DNA of 64,000 bases from NCBI GenBank assembly GCA_949358305.1, contig OX442314.1, positions 6,820,001 to 6,884,000 on the forward strand. Reading direction: 5' to 3'. Shown in pieces: positions 34,513 to 48,423 of this stretch. Both the position numbers and the translations under genes were made by a program. Below the pieces are notes generated by a model. It had not been told where the DNA came from, ran no database searches, and saw only the letters and a list, made by a program, of their open reading frames with translations. The number at the start of each line of letters is the position of its first letter. The stretch's first letter is position 1. This DNA comes from Strigamia acuminata (taxonomy: Eukaryota).

Positions 34513-35925
34513 TTAATAGCTTTATGCCTAAAACCGTCACTGGGTATCACACAATCAAAAATCAATTTACATATCTTCTTTCCAAGATTGCCCTTCATGG
34601 AAATAGATTTACCACTTTGCAAATGCTTGAACGCATCCGAAAAATATAAAACTGCATTGGACTTGATTAGATTCACGGAACCAATTGCTGATTGCCTATG
34701 TCAACGTCCGTGTCAACAAATAACCTTTACACCATACACGGATTCAGATTTAGGAGGTAATCTGGGCCTGTTTCTCGGTCTATCCTTAATCTCAATACCC
34801 GAAATCATTTGGTATTTACATTGCATTGCATCAAACAACCAACGAAAAACAACCGGTGAGAAAATCCGCCATCTCTATGAGACCTGCAAAAAGAAAGTCA
34901 CTGAAAGCGTAGAGCAAAAGATCGAAAAAAATAAAGTATTGGAAAAGTTGAAGTTAATACTGTACTCGTGTTACTTAGTACGGGTTTTACTTTAATTTGC
35001 CTGTGCATTCGTTTCAACTACTACACTGATGAACCGGTAACTACAATCGTTGGAATAGCGCACCAACGATATGCAAAGTTTCCTTCCAGCATAGTATGTG
35101 GTGAAAAACAAAACGAAAAGATGTACAAAGGCAGATTGGACTTACTTAAACACACCAATAAAACTTGTAGCACTATATCACCCTGGCATTTGTTCAATAA
35201 CAAATTGTCGGTGGAAGAAATCTGGAATACCCTCAATGTTCATGAAGCAAGTAGTTTGGAGTTGAATGTTCACGAAACAAATCATTCTGAGACAAATGTA
35301 ATGAATATGGTAAATTCTTAAAATATAAACAAGATAATTAAAATGTGTTTTTTCTTAGAAGATACCAATCAATCGAACTCCACTTCCTTTTGGTGACTGT
35401 GCACAAATAAACACAGGTATTCTACAAAATTAAATTATTTTAGTCCAACAGAATTTCACACACAGAATTTCACAAAAGAGCGTTTAGAGTAGCATATAAA
35501 ACTTAACCAACACTTTAATTTCGGTTACCATAATTGCTCGCACTGAGCCTAGGATACTGGTGGAATGCAGAATTCATTATAATGCGGCTGAAAAGTCCAA
35601 TTATCTATTTTTTATGTGCCAAAAATGCATTTTAACCCTCCAAGGCCTTAACTTTCCCAAGCCAAGGTGGGTAAAAAAAATCACAGAAGTGGAAAAACCA
35701 CTAATTCTTTTTTTCCTGAAAATTAATTAAGGAGGACAACTTTTATTCCTAAAAAACTTTTTTTTCTTATTTTATAATGTCTAAATGTAAATAGTTTTTC
35801 AATTATTATTAAGTTAATTTAATATTTATAACATAAAACACCCTTAATGGGAACGCCGTACACCGCTTTGCCATCTGTTTGCACTAGATGGCGTATTAAA
35901 ATTAGTTCTAAAACATCTGCTCCTG

Positions 35926-36060
35926 CCAGGAAAAATGTGATTGCACCAGGAAAAATGTGATTGCACCAGGAAAAATGTGATTGCACCAGGAAAAATGTGA
36001 TTGCACCAGGAAAAATGTGATTGCACCAGGAAAAATGTGATTGCACCAGGAAAAATGTTA
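35926..36060. repeat. 20-bp minisatellite (TTGCACCAGGAAAAATGTGA), ~6.5 copies
   Basis: Direct tandem copies. Confidence 0.95.
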
Positions 36061-36912
36061 TTGTGCAGATGGGCAGAAGGATTTTTGAAAAGGAGATAGA
36101 AATGACCGAACATAGCTGCACACGTGTAGTAACCAGCCTTGGCTATGGGAAGGTTAAGCCTATATGCATTTAGGGACACCCACTTTCATGAAGAGGAAAA
36201 ATTCATTATTTTGCTGAAAAATTTGTGATTTTATTCATGTGATATTGAACCTTCATCTTCGTCTCCAGTGGAATTTGAAGTCATTGGTTATTTACTTAAT
36301 TAATTATACTAAATTGTAATTTTCTGCCCCAACTCCAGCATAACAATTAACCCAGCTTTGCTGCATTTGTAAAGAGCGCTTCAGCTAACATCTTTCAGCA
36401 TTACCAGTAGTGCTTAAAACCACCACCAGTTGATGCAAAATTCTTTGTTATTATTGTTTACGCCCTCTATAATTCTAGCAGAAAACTAAAAAAAAAACTA
36501 AATTGCGGTTTAACCAATGGACCTAAAAAGCATCCTTAAACACGCAAGGCCTATACCAAAACGACATACTGTATTTAACCCTTACACCCCGTTCGCACTA
36601 CAGAGTTAAGCTAGCTTAATTCTTTATAACTATTTGTATGAATGTAGTGCGAACACAACTAGCTTATCTTAAGCTGGATTATCAGTTTTGAAGTTAAGTG
36701 AATATGCACAATTTATATTTGATTTTTATATTGCATATTCCATAATTAAATAAAATAAAATAATAAATAAAATAAAATTTAATTTGTTGGCATTAACTAT
36801 TCCTGGCAATGTATGAACTTATTGCTGAGTAGTGTCTGGATAAGCCTTAAAATATGCTAGTAGTGCTAACGGCCTGGCTCAGCAACATAGGCCAGGCTAT
36901 TCTAGCTTGATA

Positions 36913-38029
36913 TTAGCTATACTCTGGCTTATAGTAAGAGGGGGAGCAGTTCCTATTAGCTGAGCCATTTCACTGGCCATTTCATAGGCCAAAATACATG
37001 TTGAGTGCTTGCCAGACAAAACAATCAATCATAAAATTCAAAAATTGCTTGCTTTCCTGACAAAACAAGCAATAAACTGAACAAACTGAACAAACATGTA
37101 TTTTGAAAAAATAACAGCATAAAACATTGCTTTAAGACTTTTTAAAACATTTTATTATTAAATAAAAGTCTATTTATATCATTTCAACCATCTACAACAG
37201 GGGTCGGCAACTTTTTGAGACAGAAGAGCCAAAAGTTAAAATTTACATAATTTCCCAGTTTTTAAAGAGCCACGTGGCTCTTTAAAAACTGGGAAATTAT
37301 GTAAAAAAAAAATTAAACACCCGGGCGTTTATACGGTACCGTATAAACGCCCGGGTGTTTAATTTTTTTTTTCAGCCGCTTCCCCTGCGCCAATTTGAAA
37401 CTCGGTGCTAAATTGAACCCGGCGCATAACCAAAAATTTGCCGATTTTTTGCAAAAAATGGCGATTTTTCGGCTAAATCATCAATTTTTAACAAAAAAAA
37501 CGGTAATTTTTGGGGGCCCGGCGCTTATTCGGGGCCGGCGCAATTCATTGAACCGCCGATGACTGCCCGGCGCTAAAACGGGGCCGGCGCTTTATTGAAC
37601 CCGGGCGTTTAAACGGGGCAGTAGCGACGCCGTATTTCAGCTGCTTAGATTCAGCTAGGTTAGGTTAGTTTAGGTCAGGTTAGGTTAGTTTGTTTAGGTT
37701 AGGTCAGGTCAGGTTAGGTTCAATTAGATTAAAAAACGGCGTCGCTAAAACGGGCGTCGCTAAAGTGAAGTACATTCTTCCAGTTATATGAATGTACTTC
37801 ACTTTAGGGACGCACGTTTTAGCGACGCCGCATCTCGGAGAGCCCCACCTTGGCATCAAAAGAGCCGCATGCGGCGCGGTTGCCGACCCCTGATCTACAA
37901 TAATCAAACAAATTAAAAACACAACAAAACTACATTTCCTGGTGGTAGTATATAGGCAACAGTTAGGAGTAAACAGGCTCGGCCAATAGGAACTGGTCCC
38001 CCTCTTACGATGAGCCGGAGTATAGCTAA
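36913..38029. mobile_element. MITE with ~48-bp TIRs, hosting a nested hAT MITE
   Basis: TTAGCTATACTCTGGCTTATAGTAAGAGGGGGAGCAGTTCCTATT / AATAGGAACTGGTCCCCCTCTTACGATGAGCCGGAGTATAGCTAA. Confidence 0.7.
37198..37892. mobile_element. hAT-type MITE containing further nested fragments
   Basis: TIR CAGGGGTCGGCAAC / GTTGCCGACCCCTG, 8-bp TSD ATCTACAA; a shorter relative lies at ~12568-12702. Confidence 0.88.
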
Positions 38030-38642
38030 AATACTGCCTAGCCCATGAAGTGCAGATAAAGTATTATGCATCTAATACTATGTTTACACACACGGAATAT
38101 TTCGAGTGAGATGAAATATTTTGTGTGCACAACTGTCATGTAAACACAGATGGCAAGGATTATTCGATTAGTGAATAATCTCTCGCAGAAGTTTGTTTAA
38201 TTCGAGTGAACTCTATTATTGTTGCGCATGCGTGTATCGCTTCCGGCACTTACCCATTGGTCGCAAACCAAAAGTGATCACGAATTAATTAAATTTGATT
38301 TTTTCACCACTCGAATTATTCACCAGACGAGGGTCCCCCAGTAGTGGAACCGTTTTATAGTTCACTCTTGCACCACTCTAGACTTATACAATTCTTTCCA
38401 TAGGTTGTTGGTGATGACATCTAGTTGATCTAAACCTGTGGAAAGTAAATTGATTCCGACTTTTCTTATGCAATTTCAGAAAAAAAATTCAAATTAGCCA
38501 CTCATCTTCATATTACATTTAAAATCCAATTTCCTTCAGAAGTGTGTAATCCGCAACTAATGGTGAGATAAAACATTTTCTCCAAAAAACACCTTAAACT
38601 TTGCATCAATTGCACACAATGTTAGTGATATTACAGTTTGGG

Positions 38643-39112
38643 GCAGGTACTTTTCCCTTATAAAAACTATCGTTAAGCCTATAAGTACAGTAAAAAGCTT
38701 ATAACTCTACCGGAGCTTATACCATAACTGAAAATAGCGTAGCCAATCCGATAGTTTTCCACTACTTACGTCACTGACTAAAATCTGGATTAGCAATGAC
38801 CTCTTTCGCCGTCATTTTGAATCCTCCGCTTCATTCACGCATGAAGCACATGTTAGGGTTTATCTAATTGTTTGTGCTTTTACTTCTTTTAAATCCACAA
38901 TAATAAAGTTGCAGCATCATATTGCAACAGTTAAAAACAGGAATTCTCTCTTTTTATGTGAATGAGACATTACTAGTTTCAGTAATCACATGATATGTAC
39001 AAGGTTATCTCTAATTTCATAACTATAAACTAAAACTTCGACCACAACCCACTTTTACCTTACACTAAATATAGTGTAAAATATGTCATACTTGTAAGGG
39101 AAAAGTACCTGC
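38643..39112. mobile_element. MITE
   Basis: TIR GCAGGTACTTTTCCCTTA / TAAGGGAAAAGTACCTGC. Confidence 0.6.
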
Positions 39113-39625
39113 TGCAAATTGCGTACAAATAAGTACAGGAATACAGTAATGATTTCATTCCCGACTATTTCTCTCTGGAGAGAGAATTGTTAAAAAAAAT
39201 ATCATTAAAATTAAAATTAAACTAAAAAATAAATTCAATAAAATTTAATTTGTTGGCATTAACTATTCCTGGTAATGTCTGGACTTATTGCTGAGTAGTG
39301 TCTGGATGAACCTTAAAATATGCTAATAGTGTGAACGGTCTGGCTCAGCAACATAGGCTAGGCTAATTTTTGTTGAGCAAAGTTAGCTCTAGTTCCATCT
39401 AGCCTGTGTAGTGAAGACAGGGTATTACAATTAAACAACAAACACGCGACACTCTTATAATTGCAAATATAATTATTTTTGCACTAAAATAATATTCAGA
39501 TATACATAAATGATCCGGAAGATGAAGTCAACATTTTGGCACCATTGGATTTGCACTATGGATGGCTAAACATTGAAAAACTTCGAGTATTTAAGGTAAC
39601 AAATTAATCAAATTATATAACAAAA

Positions 39626-40926
39626 GGGAATCCAAAAATAACCGGAATTCTCTTCTGGTGGACAGACCCCGCTAGGAGTTGTGGAGTGAGGCTGGGTTAG
39701 ATTTCTGTGAATTTTTTTCAGAGACTACAGTCTTCACCTGAAAATAACACCATGGTGTTGTGTGGGTTATGTTTATTGGCCCACTAAATGTCCTTGGATT
39801 TCCACTTTAAAAAAACTAAATCTCCCACTTACTGAATTTTCCACTAACGCAACTTTTTTGTCCCACTACTTTTAGCAAGGCAAAAAAAAAAAAATTTCCC
39901 ACTAAAATCAAGTTCGGAAAGCAAAAACTAATATTACCACTACTACTTCTATTTTACTAAAATAGTTTTGCTGCAACTCTGCAAACGTTTAGCAAACGTT
40001 TTGCACACATTAGCATAACGTTTGGTGTCGTGACAGTCATGGACAACCAACTTTCCCCCCGCATGGTCTACGAGCGCCCCAACAGTCTCCCGCTCCCGCA
40101 ACCAAGTCCCCGCCAGTCCTCAGTCCTAGTACCCAGTCCTAGTCACGTGTCGGGACCCAGTTCCAACAAGACCTCGGGGCCCCTCGCCGTGGCCATAGTC
40201 GTCCATCTATGGCCAAATCCTGTTCTCTGTAAAAAATTTTACTTTTATTTTTTCTTTATTTTTAGCAGTAAAGTTAATGTTTGTTATTTTATATTTGTTA
40301 AAAAATTAAAATTAATGAAATTAAAATTTTTTAAAAACAAATATAAAATAACAAACATTAACTTTACTGCTAAAAATAAAGAAAAAATAAAAGTAAAAAT
40401 TTTCACAGACAACAGGATTTGAACCTGTGTGGAAAGATTCCTAGTCCATTGCCTTAACCACTGGGCCACCACTACACACTATTGTTGCCTTCATGCAGGT
40501 AGTCATGTTGGTGAACAAAGTTGTGATGTCATATGTCATGAGATATCAAATTACTTGGGTTCCAGAGTAAGGTTTGAACAAGCTAATCACCAAGTGTAGT
40601 GCTACACCTTTTTACTCAGCCTATTTGCATAAAAAATAAACTCCCTCAGCCAACAAAGTTCTACTTAACTCTAGCTTAAGGAGCAAAATGCTTTGAAATG
40701 GTTAAAGAACTACTTATAATTGTTATCTCACATAATTAATTTTAAAATTTTAAAATAGCTTATTAGTGCTCTCCCCTTGTTAGTTCCAAAATAAATTCAC
40801 TGAAGTGAAACACAGCATCTATCAACTCCAGCTGACAGACTACTTGGAATCGAGATACCGGTAGGTTAGGTTCTATTAAAGGGGTCTGTCCACCAGAAGA
40901 GTATTCCGGCTATTTATGGATATCCC
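39626..40926. mobile_element. TIR element with nested repeats
   Basis: ~45-bp imperfect TIRs GGGAATCCAAAAATAACCGGAATTCTCTTCTGGTGGACAGACCCC / GGGGTCTGTCCACCAGAAGAGTATTCCGGCTATTTATGGATATCCC. Confidence 0.65.
40408..40472 (-). mobile_element. tRNA-derived (SINE-like) repeat
   Basis: A-box-like GTGGCCCAGTGG and B-box GGTTCAAATCC on the minus strand; no complete cloverleaf. Confidence 0.5.
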
Positions 40927-42811
40927 GTGGTATACAGTATTTTATACAAAGGTAACTAACTTTCACTTAACGAAATAGACCATACGAAGAAATACGAATG
41001 CTAAACCATGCGAAAAGAACAAAAGTGACTATTTCAAATGTAAAAAGGCCTGCATCCAAAACAATTTATTTAAATATGTTACCTGCAGGTATTTCACATA
41101 TTTCACTTCTTTCCTCACCCCAGTTCCGATTTTATCCATTAGCACAGCAAATATTCATACATCCAATCATTACCTATGAAACTCAACTGAAACCCGATAC
41201 AAAGTTGTCCTAATTCAAGTCGTATCATAGTTGTTATCTTACTCGGCAAAACAACCAATAAAAAACTGAACCTTTGTTTTTATATTTTTATTTTGTTATA
41301 TATGTTGTTATATTTTATATCTTTATATTCTTTTATACTTCTTTTTATATTTATTCAGATTACCATATGCAGCAAATCTTGATTTGCCAGCTTGCAACAC
41401 TACAAATGACGTTTCTACTGCTCATTTAATCTACTTAAACAATTACAATGCAAATCAAAAGCAATGCATATGTAAACAACCTTGCGAAAATATTTTTTAC
41501 CAAACCATTTCTCTGGGGAGTAAAAGTTTTTATGATCCCAATACATACCTAAACATTCACTTTGCTGATGGTTTAATAGAGACTATAGAGGAGAAGAAGA
41601 TTTATCCAGTATCGCAATTGCTAAGCGATGTAGGCAGCATTCTAGGATTAGGTTTGGGAATGTCATTGCTGTCCCTCTACGCTTGGATTTTAAACGCTTG
41701 TAATTGGTATCAGAATCAGAATATGGGTTGTCAATTCCCACTCGCAATGAGACCATAAAATAGTACTCGTTGATGCTACCCACATTTCAATATTCATTTC
41801 CCAATTAAGGCTAGCTTACAATGCTGCAAAGTGACTAACAACATTTAAATTTGACGTACACCAATGTCCTAAGAGGACAGCCTTTTTGGCGGAAATGTAA
41901 ACCAGCACCAGCAACGGAAAGAGCGACTGGTGGCAAGCTCATAAGTAAACCTCACAATGCCACGATTGGAAACTTTTCTCATCAAGAGATGGCGCTTAAA
42001 CAACCCCCAGAATCTACAATGATTACGTTCAATCGTAAATGGATTTCCGAAATCGTGATTTTCTTGATTTTCAGAAATCAAGGAAATCAGATTTCAACTT
42101 TGAATGACCTTAAAATTTTCCAAAATCCAACTGTTGCACATGCGCAAGTAGAATTGTTTGCAATTTCATACGACACGGAAGAATGCTGAGGCGTGCATCC
42201 TATCAAACGCAGCCGAAATATCGCGATTCGAGAGCTGAAATCCACTTTGAAATCAAGAAAAGCGACCCTACCCTTGGGTTTCCCAAAATTGGATTTTATG
42301 AAATCGGATTTCGTTTTGATCGACACTTCCGGTCTCCCGAAATCACGAAAATCAGCAAAATCCATTTAAGATTAAACGCACCTTTTGTATCAACAACATA
42401 ACAACTTATGCTAAGTTCACACTTGTGTTCACACTAGACGCAAAGCAAGAAAACTGACGTAACGCAAGCTGCTTTCGTCCAAAAATTCTTGACATTGACG
42501 CCAATTCCTGCTTCAAGTCCAAGTTGAAGTAAGCGACGCAACGCAAGAAGGTCGTCTTGAGACCAACCAATCACGATCGACTCCAACTCTCGTCAATTCA
42601 CGTCTGGTTAGCGAGACTTTGCCACATGCAAACAGGCCGTTACTTTCGGATTCTGGAACTAGTTCTAGAACTAGATCCAATTCCAAGTTTCATTGAAACC
42701 ACCTGATTGGCCAGACGCAACATCAATTGTTTCAGCTCTGTTCACAGAGAACATTACAATCGATGATCTTATCCAAACAATACGAATAATACAAATAAAA
42801 CATGTTATTAC

Positions 42812-43339
42812 TAGACCCCGGATAAATGCATAAATGCATACTTCATATGTATTTTGCATATTTGGCCGAAATTGGCTTATATTGCATATTTTCCGAAAAT
42901 CGAAAAATAAATGCATATATTGCCATTTTTCCGGGAAAAAACGGTGATTTATGTCTCTTTTGAACGATACGTAACATATACGTATCAAATTTTGCCTTTT
43001 TTTAAAGACACGTATCATGTACGTATGCTTACGTTCGGAAAACTGAGGATTTCGCCAAAAACAGACACCAGAGGAAGTCACTAAATAAGTGTCTGGAAAA
43101 AGTTTTAATATATAAACAATTAAAAAAATAGAAAAAAATGAATTGTAATTACTAATTTTTGTTCATTTACATCGAGAACACTTTGAAATGGCATTAAGTT
43201 GTTATTTAGCACCTGATTTCACTCGAATACATTTTTTTATTTTGCATATTTCAATTTTTTTTTTGCATATATTGGAATTTTTGGTGCATATTATATGCGC
43301 ATATAACGAAATTTATTTTGCATACATATCCAGGGTCTA
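42812..43339. mobile_element. hAT-type MITE
   Basis: TIR TAGACCCCGGATA / TATCCAGGGTCTA, 8-bp TSD GTTATTAC; a partial inverted relative lies at ~46040-46265. Confidence 0.85.
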
Positions 43340-45011
43340 GTTATTACATTCAAACGACAATAAAGCATAAGCATTAAACAAACTACTTTCATTAATGATC
43401 TGTTTAAAACCATCATTGCATGATTGTGAACAACAATTCGCAGCATTGTAAATTAGCCTTTACAAAAAAATATGTATTTAATCGACACAAATTGTTAGTT
43501 TGACACGCACGTGCAATAATCAATTTTGCCCCGCGTTTAAAAAACATCCATCGAGCCCTTGGGACAAGTTAACATTTCTGGTTCAAGCAACACTTTCTGG
43601 ATCCGCCCTTGATTTTTCCAATAACTTGTTGGTAGGATTTAAATCCACTTTATAACGTACTATTATGTAAATAATAAAAAAATAAAATACTCCGTACAAC
43701 TTATGGACATTAAGAGGCTCATTCAATGCAAGACAATAAAAAAAAATTTCGAAATGACTCACAACCTGTCAGTGAGTTTTTGCACTACCTGGTGGATACA
43801 GCCGAAAACGCTAATTCTGCAGGTGAGCTTCAAGCTGGACTGGGACGATTTTTATGTCCAAGGCTGTACACCGAAAGACAAACAACAATTTCCCTTCCCG
43901 ACAGCCATTTCGTTGACCCATCTCATAGTAAAAAATCTATCTTTTCATGTAAACACTTTACCATTAGCGCACTTCATCGCTTTATCATGTGCTATTTCCT
44001 TTTACAAAGATTGTCACAACAGCTTTAAAGCATCAGTCATTATCAACTAAAAATGTGTAAGAAACATTGCCTACCTTATAAATCAACTGCTTTTTTCCAT
44101 CCCAAATGTATGTATTCTGAAAAAGAAAAGATAAATTGTCAAAAACAAAGTTAAATGTAGACATCATTTATTATTTAATTTAAAAAATCATTAAAAACTT
44201 GCTCAACTTCACCACTGTGATAAATCTATAATTTTTTTTTATATTTATTTTCCTCCTCACCAGTCACCACGCAAGATAAATGAAACCAAACAGTGGAAAA
44301 ACCCTTAAGCAGAAAAACCAATAGTTTTCAATCCACTGACCATCAAAACCACTCTCACACCCTTAGCACTTCAATGAGACATATGATGACATACTCCATT
44401 GAACCACCCAAATAAAATATTAAAACTCTTTCTGCTTTAACTCATTTTCTTCTGCTCTCATGTTCATGGCTTCAGCCTTAAAATGGTGGAGATTAATGTC
44501 TTTTGAAAGCACGAGTCAACTCAAGCGTCCTTTTCTAACATTCTAGAATTTATCAAATATTGGGAAGCAATTTTGTTGTGATTAAGAAACAGTCGTCAAG
44601 CCGTATCTTCCAAATCCGTCATTCAACCCCTAGTGACCAACAACTTATGATTATGTAATACTTAAGCTCTACAACTTTACAATTGACATTTTTCGGATTG
44701 CATCGTTACTTTTTAAGTTAACGAGGAAACACAAGGGAGCGGGTAAGATTCCAAAGCTTGCTACCACAAGTTTAAAGAGGGAGTCATTTACAAGCTCCCT
44801 TGACCCGCTTTTGTCTTATCAGCTTAACTGGCAAACCCAAGCTAGCTACTAAAAAAATGGCTGCCAGAGATTACTGCCAAAATCTCCTCCAAGAATTTCC
44901 TCATAATTCTGATTGGTTGTCAAAGTCACATGACCAAAACACCATCAAGCTTGAAGCTGGTAAATCAAAGTCGGTTTGACCTTTACTATGCGAAAAACCA
45001 TCAAATATTGT

Positions 45012-45339
45012 TAGGGTTTCGGTACCGGGAAACCGGGGTACCGATTTCCCGGAAAACCCGGTGAAAAATCACGGTACCGGGAACCGGGAATTTTCAAAAT
45101 AACCGGTTCCGTCAAAAAACGTCGTTAAAACGTCATTTTCGTCATTGAAACGTTACAACTTGTAATGTTTCAAAGATGAAACTGGCTATTTTTACCATAA
45201 AAAATGGCTAAAATTGGCCATTTTTAGCCATTTTTTGTCGCCTGATTTTAATTCCTGGGAGTACCGACTTCCCGGGAATACAGGCCATTTTGGTACCGAG
45301 AACCGGAAATTGGAAAAGGGCGGGAAAACCGAAACCCTA
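45012..45339. mobile_element. hAT-type MITE
   Basis: TIR TAGGGTTTCGGT / ACCGAAACCCTA, 8-bp TSD AATATTGT. Confidence 0.88.
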
Positions 45340-46954
45340 AATATTGTAAATACAATCGAAGTAGTAAAATTACAACAAAATAATTCTATTTGCTTTATTC
45401 AATGCTGACACCGATAAAAGAAATCAAAACCATCTTGAAATTAATCACTTGCATTGCATGCAGCATCTCTGTAATTAGAAGAGCATAGATGTCCATTTAG
45501 ATAACAGTTAGCCAATACGATAAGCCAGTTTTTAAAGCATGTTATCTCTTAAAGTTTGCATAATGGCTGCATCGATTGAAGCTCTCCCAAATTAGCTCTT
45601 GCTATCTGCATTGATTACTCCAATGTATACTAACAAATAGATAAAACCTAATGATGATCAATAACCAAAGAAATGGGCTGCATCGGATTACTATAGTCGT
45701 TTTAGAATTGGATTAATGAAAACTTTATATGCAGGAAACCTAGACGAAGTTGCTGAAAACTCGCAAGGAAAATTATAAAAGCACTTAACAAACTTAAGAG
45801 CACATTTCTGACTAGAAACAACGGCTTTTCGTGTTTTCTCTAGTGCGATTTGGGTGCACTTCCTGACACTCTTTGACCTCTTCCGCCACGATGTAGTGTA
45901 GAATTCAGAAATGACACTACAAGCCATTTTATTCATTAGGTTTAGTGCCTAAACCATTGCAAAATTTGATATTTATGCAAAATTAAATTCGTTTTACGCG
46001 CGTAAAATATGCACCAAAAATTCCATTTTATGCAAACTAAAAATAAAAATATGCAAAATAAAAAAATTTATTCGAGTGAAATCAGGCGTTACATAACAAC
46101 TTAATGTCATTTCAAAGTGTTCTTGATGTAAATGAATTATAATTAGTAATTACAATTAATTTTTTTCTATTTTTTTATTTTATTATTTCTTAAACCTTTT
46201 TCCAGCCACTATTTTAGTGACTTCCACTGGTGTCTGGTTTTGGCGAAGTCCTCAGTTTTACGATCAAAAAGAAAAAAGCAAATAATAATTTTATATTTTA
46301 TTAACTTGGTTCCAATAGTTGCAGTTTCACTGCACCTGTCATTAGAAGTTAGATATAATGCAGACACACTTGGTGCAATTTGTTTCCTCTTGAGACATTT
46401 GGACCAAAGCCAAGTGTAAGAATTCAAAAAATTTCCTCCCGCTGTATGATGAGTTTCACAGAAGGCATTGTAGAGAAAATGTAATCCACAATTGTAATCC
46501 ACAATTGGTTTTCTTGAGTTTGGAGAGAAAACAGTGCAGACAATGCTAACTTGGACACAATTCAATTCTGGCGTGTTTTTGTAGGCACGAGTTGTTGAAT
46601 TCACAGTTGGGGTGGGACAAAGCTTTTCGATTAAGTTTGTTCAACACTCATATTGTGTATGGGATGAAGTGTAAATTTGAAGTTTTCTATCAAGCGGATT
46701 TCGATGGCAAGAGTTTGGTGAAGTTGTGTATGTCCATTATTAATTAGTTTGTGTTTAAATTTGAAGTTTAAAAGAAATATGTAGTTGGTCATTGAGTAAT
46801 CCATGTTGACAAAATTAAGGTGAGGACTGTTTGAACTATGAAATATGTAATGTCACTAATGAGGTTTATATGGTCAGTAGTGTTTTCAAAAAAAAAGAAA
46901 ATGCAAATTTTGAAAAATTGAAATGTGGTGGCACATTGTTTTGTATGAAACATT

Positions 46955-47510
46955 TAAAATTTGTACAAAATTTGTCTTAAATTTGTCTAAAATTGGTTTA
47001 AAATTTGTCTTAAATTTGTCTAAAATTTGCCTAAAATTTGTTTAAAATTTGTCTTAAATCTATCTTAAACTTGGCAAAAACTTGACAAAAAATAAGTCAA
47101 ACATTTTTACAAAGAAAATTCTCAAATTTCTTAAATTTGTGAAAGAAAATCCATAAATATCTCGAATTTCTAAAAGAAAATTCTAGAAATTCTTAAATTT
47201 GTAAAAGAAAATCCATAATTTTATTAATTTTTAAAAGAAAATCCATAAGTTTCTTAAATTTTTAAAAGAAAAAACATAATTTTCTTAAATTTTTAAAAGA
47301 AAAAACATAATTTTCTTAAATTTTTAAAAGCAAATCCATAATTTTCTAAAATTTCTCAAATTTGTTAAAGGAAATCCATTATTTTCTAAAATTTCTCAAA
47401 TTTGTTAAAGAAAATCCATCATTTTCTCAAATTTGTAAAAAAGAATCAAAAAATTTCTCAATTTGTAAAATGATAAAAACTATTTTCCAAATTTCTCAGA
47501 ACTGATTTCT
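46955..47510. repeat. AT-rich degenerate tandem repeats (11-bp, then ~30-bp units)
   Basis: AAATTTGTCTT/AAAATTTGTCT units followed by TTTCTTAAATTTTTAAAAGAAAATCCATAA units. Confidence 0.75.
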
Positions 47511-48423
47511 CAAACTTGTCAAGGAAACCCATGTAAGGGGCCCCACCAAGGTGGCCCACTCACTACTCCGCACACAATTTACACTTTTACCACAAAAATC
47601 TCACATTTACTGCCTCTAACATTTGTGTTCTCACCTCATCGAACATTTAAAAGAAAACTTCTCACACAAACTTTTCAATTCTCATCCAACCAACAACAAA
47701 ATTAATTTTAAATATTCATCACATTTCCCCGTAATTAAAAAACACTTACCTAGTAACCAATCAACACATTATCTACGCTGTTTTCGATTTCCACTCACAA
47801 AAACACCCTATAAATAGCAAAGAGAAAAATAAATCCAAAATAATACATTCAATAACAACAACATTTTTCCCACATTTTTCAAACTGCGAAATCAGGTTTT
47901 AGTGTTACCCGAGTTGGGAAAGCGAAATTTTACATTTTTAATTTCCACGCGCGCATCACGGAACCCAAATCGCACCATTTTCGGCAACTAATAACGTGGG
48001 AAATTTTTCGTAAACACATAATTTCACACTTACTTGAAAACATCACACAGGAATCGATGTCCGCCTCCTCAACAGGTGCTCGATTAACCAACTGGCCCGT
48101 CGTCCATTCACGGGCCTCGTTTCAAAAAATACAAGCGCAATTTCGATTGGTTCGTTCACCCACGTGAGCAAAATGGCTCCGTTAAAATTAAAAATATTTT
48201 AAGTTTTGAAACTAAGAATCTCGGACTAAATGTATCCAATTAGAATTACCGACAGAAAAATTACTTGAAATAAAAAACTTAAATCACTTTTAAAGAAATT
48301 TAAATGTAAATTAAAAGTTAACAATGACGCCACTAGGGTTTTCTTATTCCAGTAGACATTTGCTTTTCCATTTCTTGATTTAGGCCCAAAAATTAATCAA
48401 AATTTTTTTGGCAGTTTAGGCTA

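Larger units (their letters stand above)
14171..41758 (+). pseudogene. DEG/ENaC (pickpocket/ASIC-like) gene with two tandem channel units, disrupted
   Basis: Unit 1: 14171-14363 + 32462-~32715 (TM1 FWLLLFLLCTSMLTYQ..YLSYPTAVDV..LPDLMVC), 32803-32875 (SPYGICPTF), 33226-33332 (Cys-rich), 34587- (CLCQRPC..SDLGGNLGLFLGLS). Unit 2: ~34968-35309 (YYTDEPVTT..FPSSIVC), 35359-35416 (PFGDC), 39500-39595, 40979-41088, 41359-41758 (CICKQPC..LLSDVGSILGLGLGMS). Frameshifts, stops, a deletion and an LTR-element insertion disrupt it. Confidence 0.8.

Noticed and set aside
35819..36179. Repetitive ORFs or a CRISPR-like array
   Set aside because: Head-to-tail 20-bp minisatellite without spacers, in eukaryotic context; the same applies to 48424-48690 and 49165-49340.
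40408..40472. Functional tRNA gene
   Set aside because: A/B boxes are present but acceptor and anticodon arms are not well formed, and it is embedded in a dispersed repeat.
43500..44120. Exon-like fragments on the minus strand (also ~46300-46740)
   Set aside because: Multiple stops and no identifiable family.
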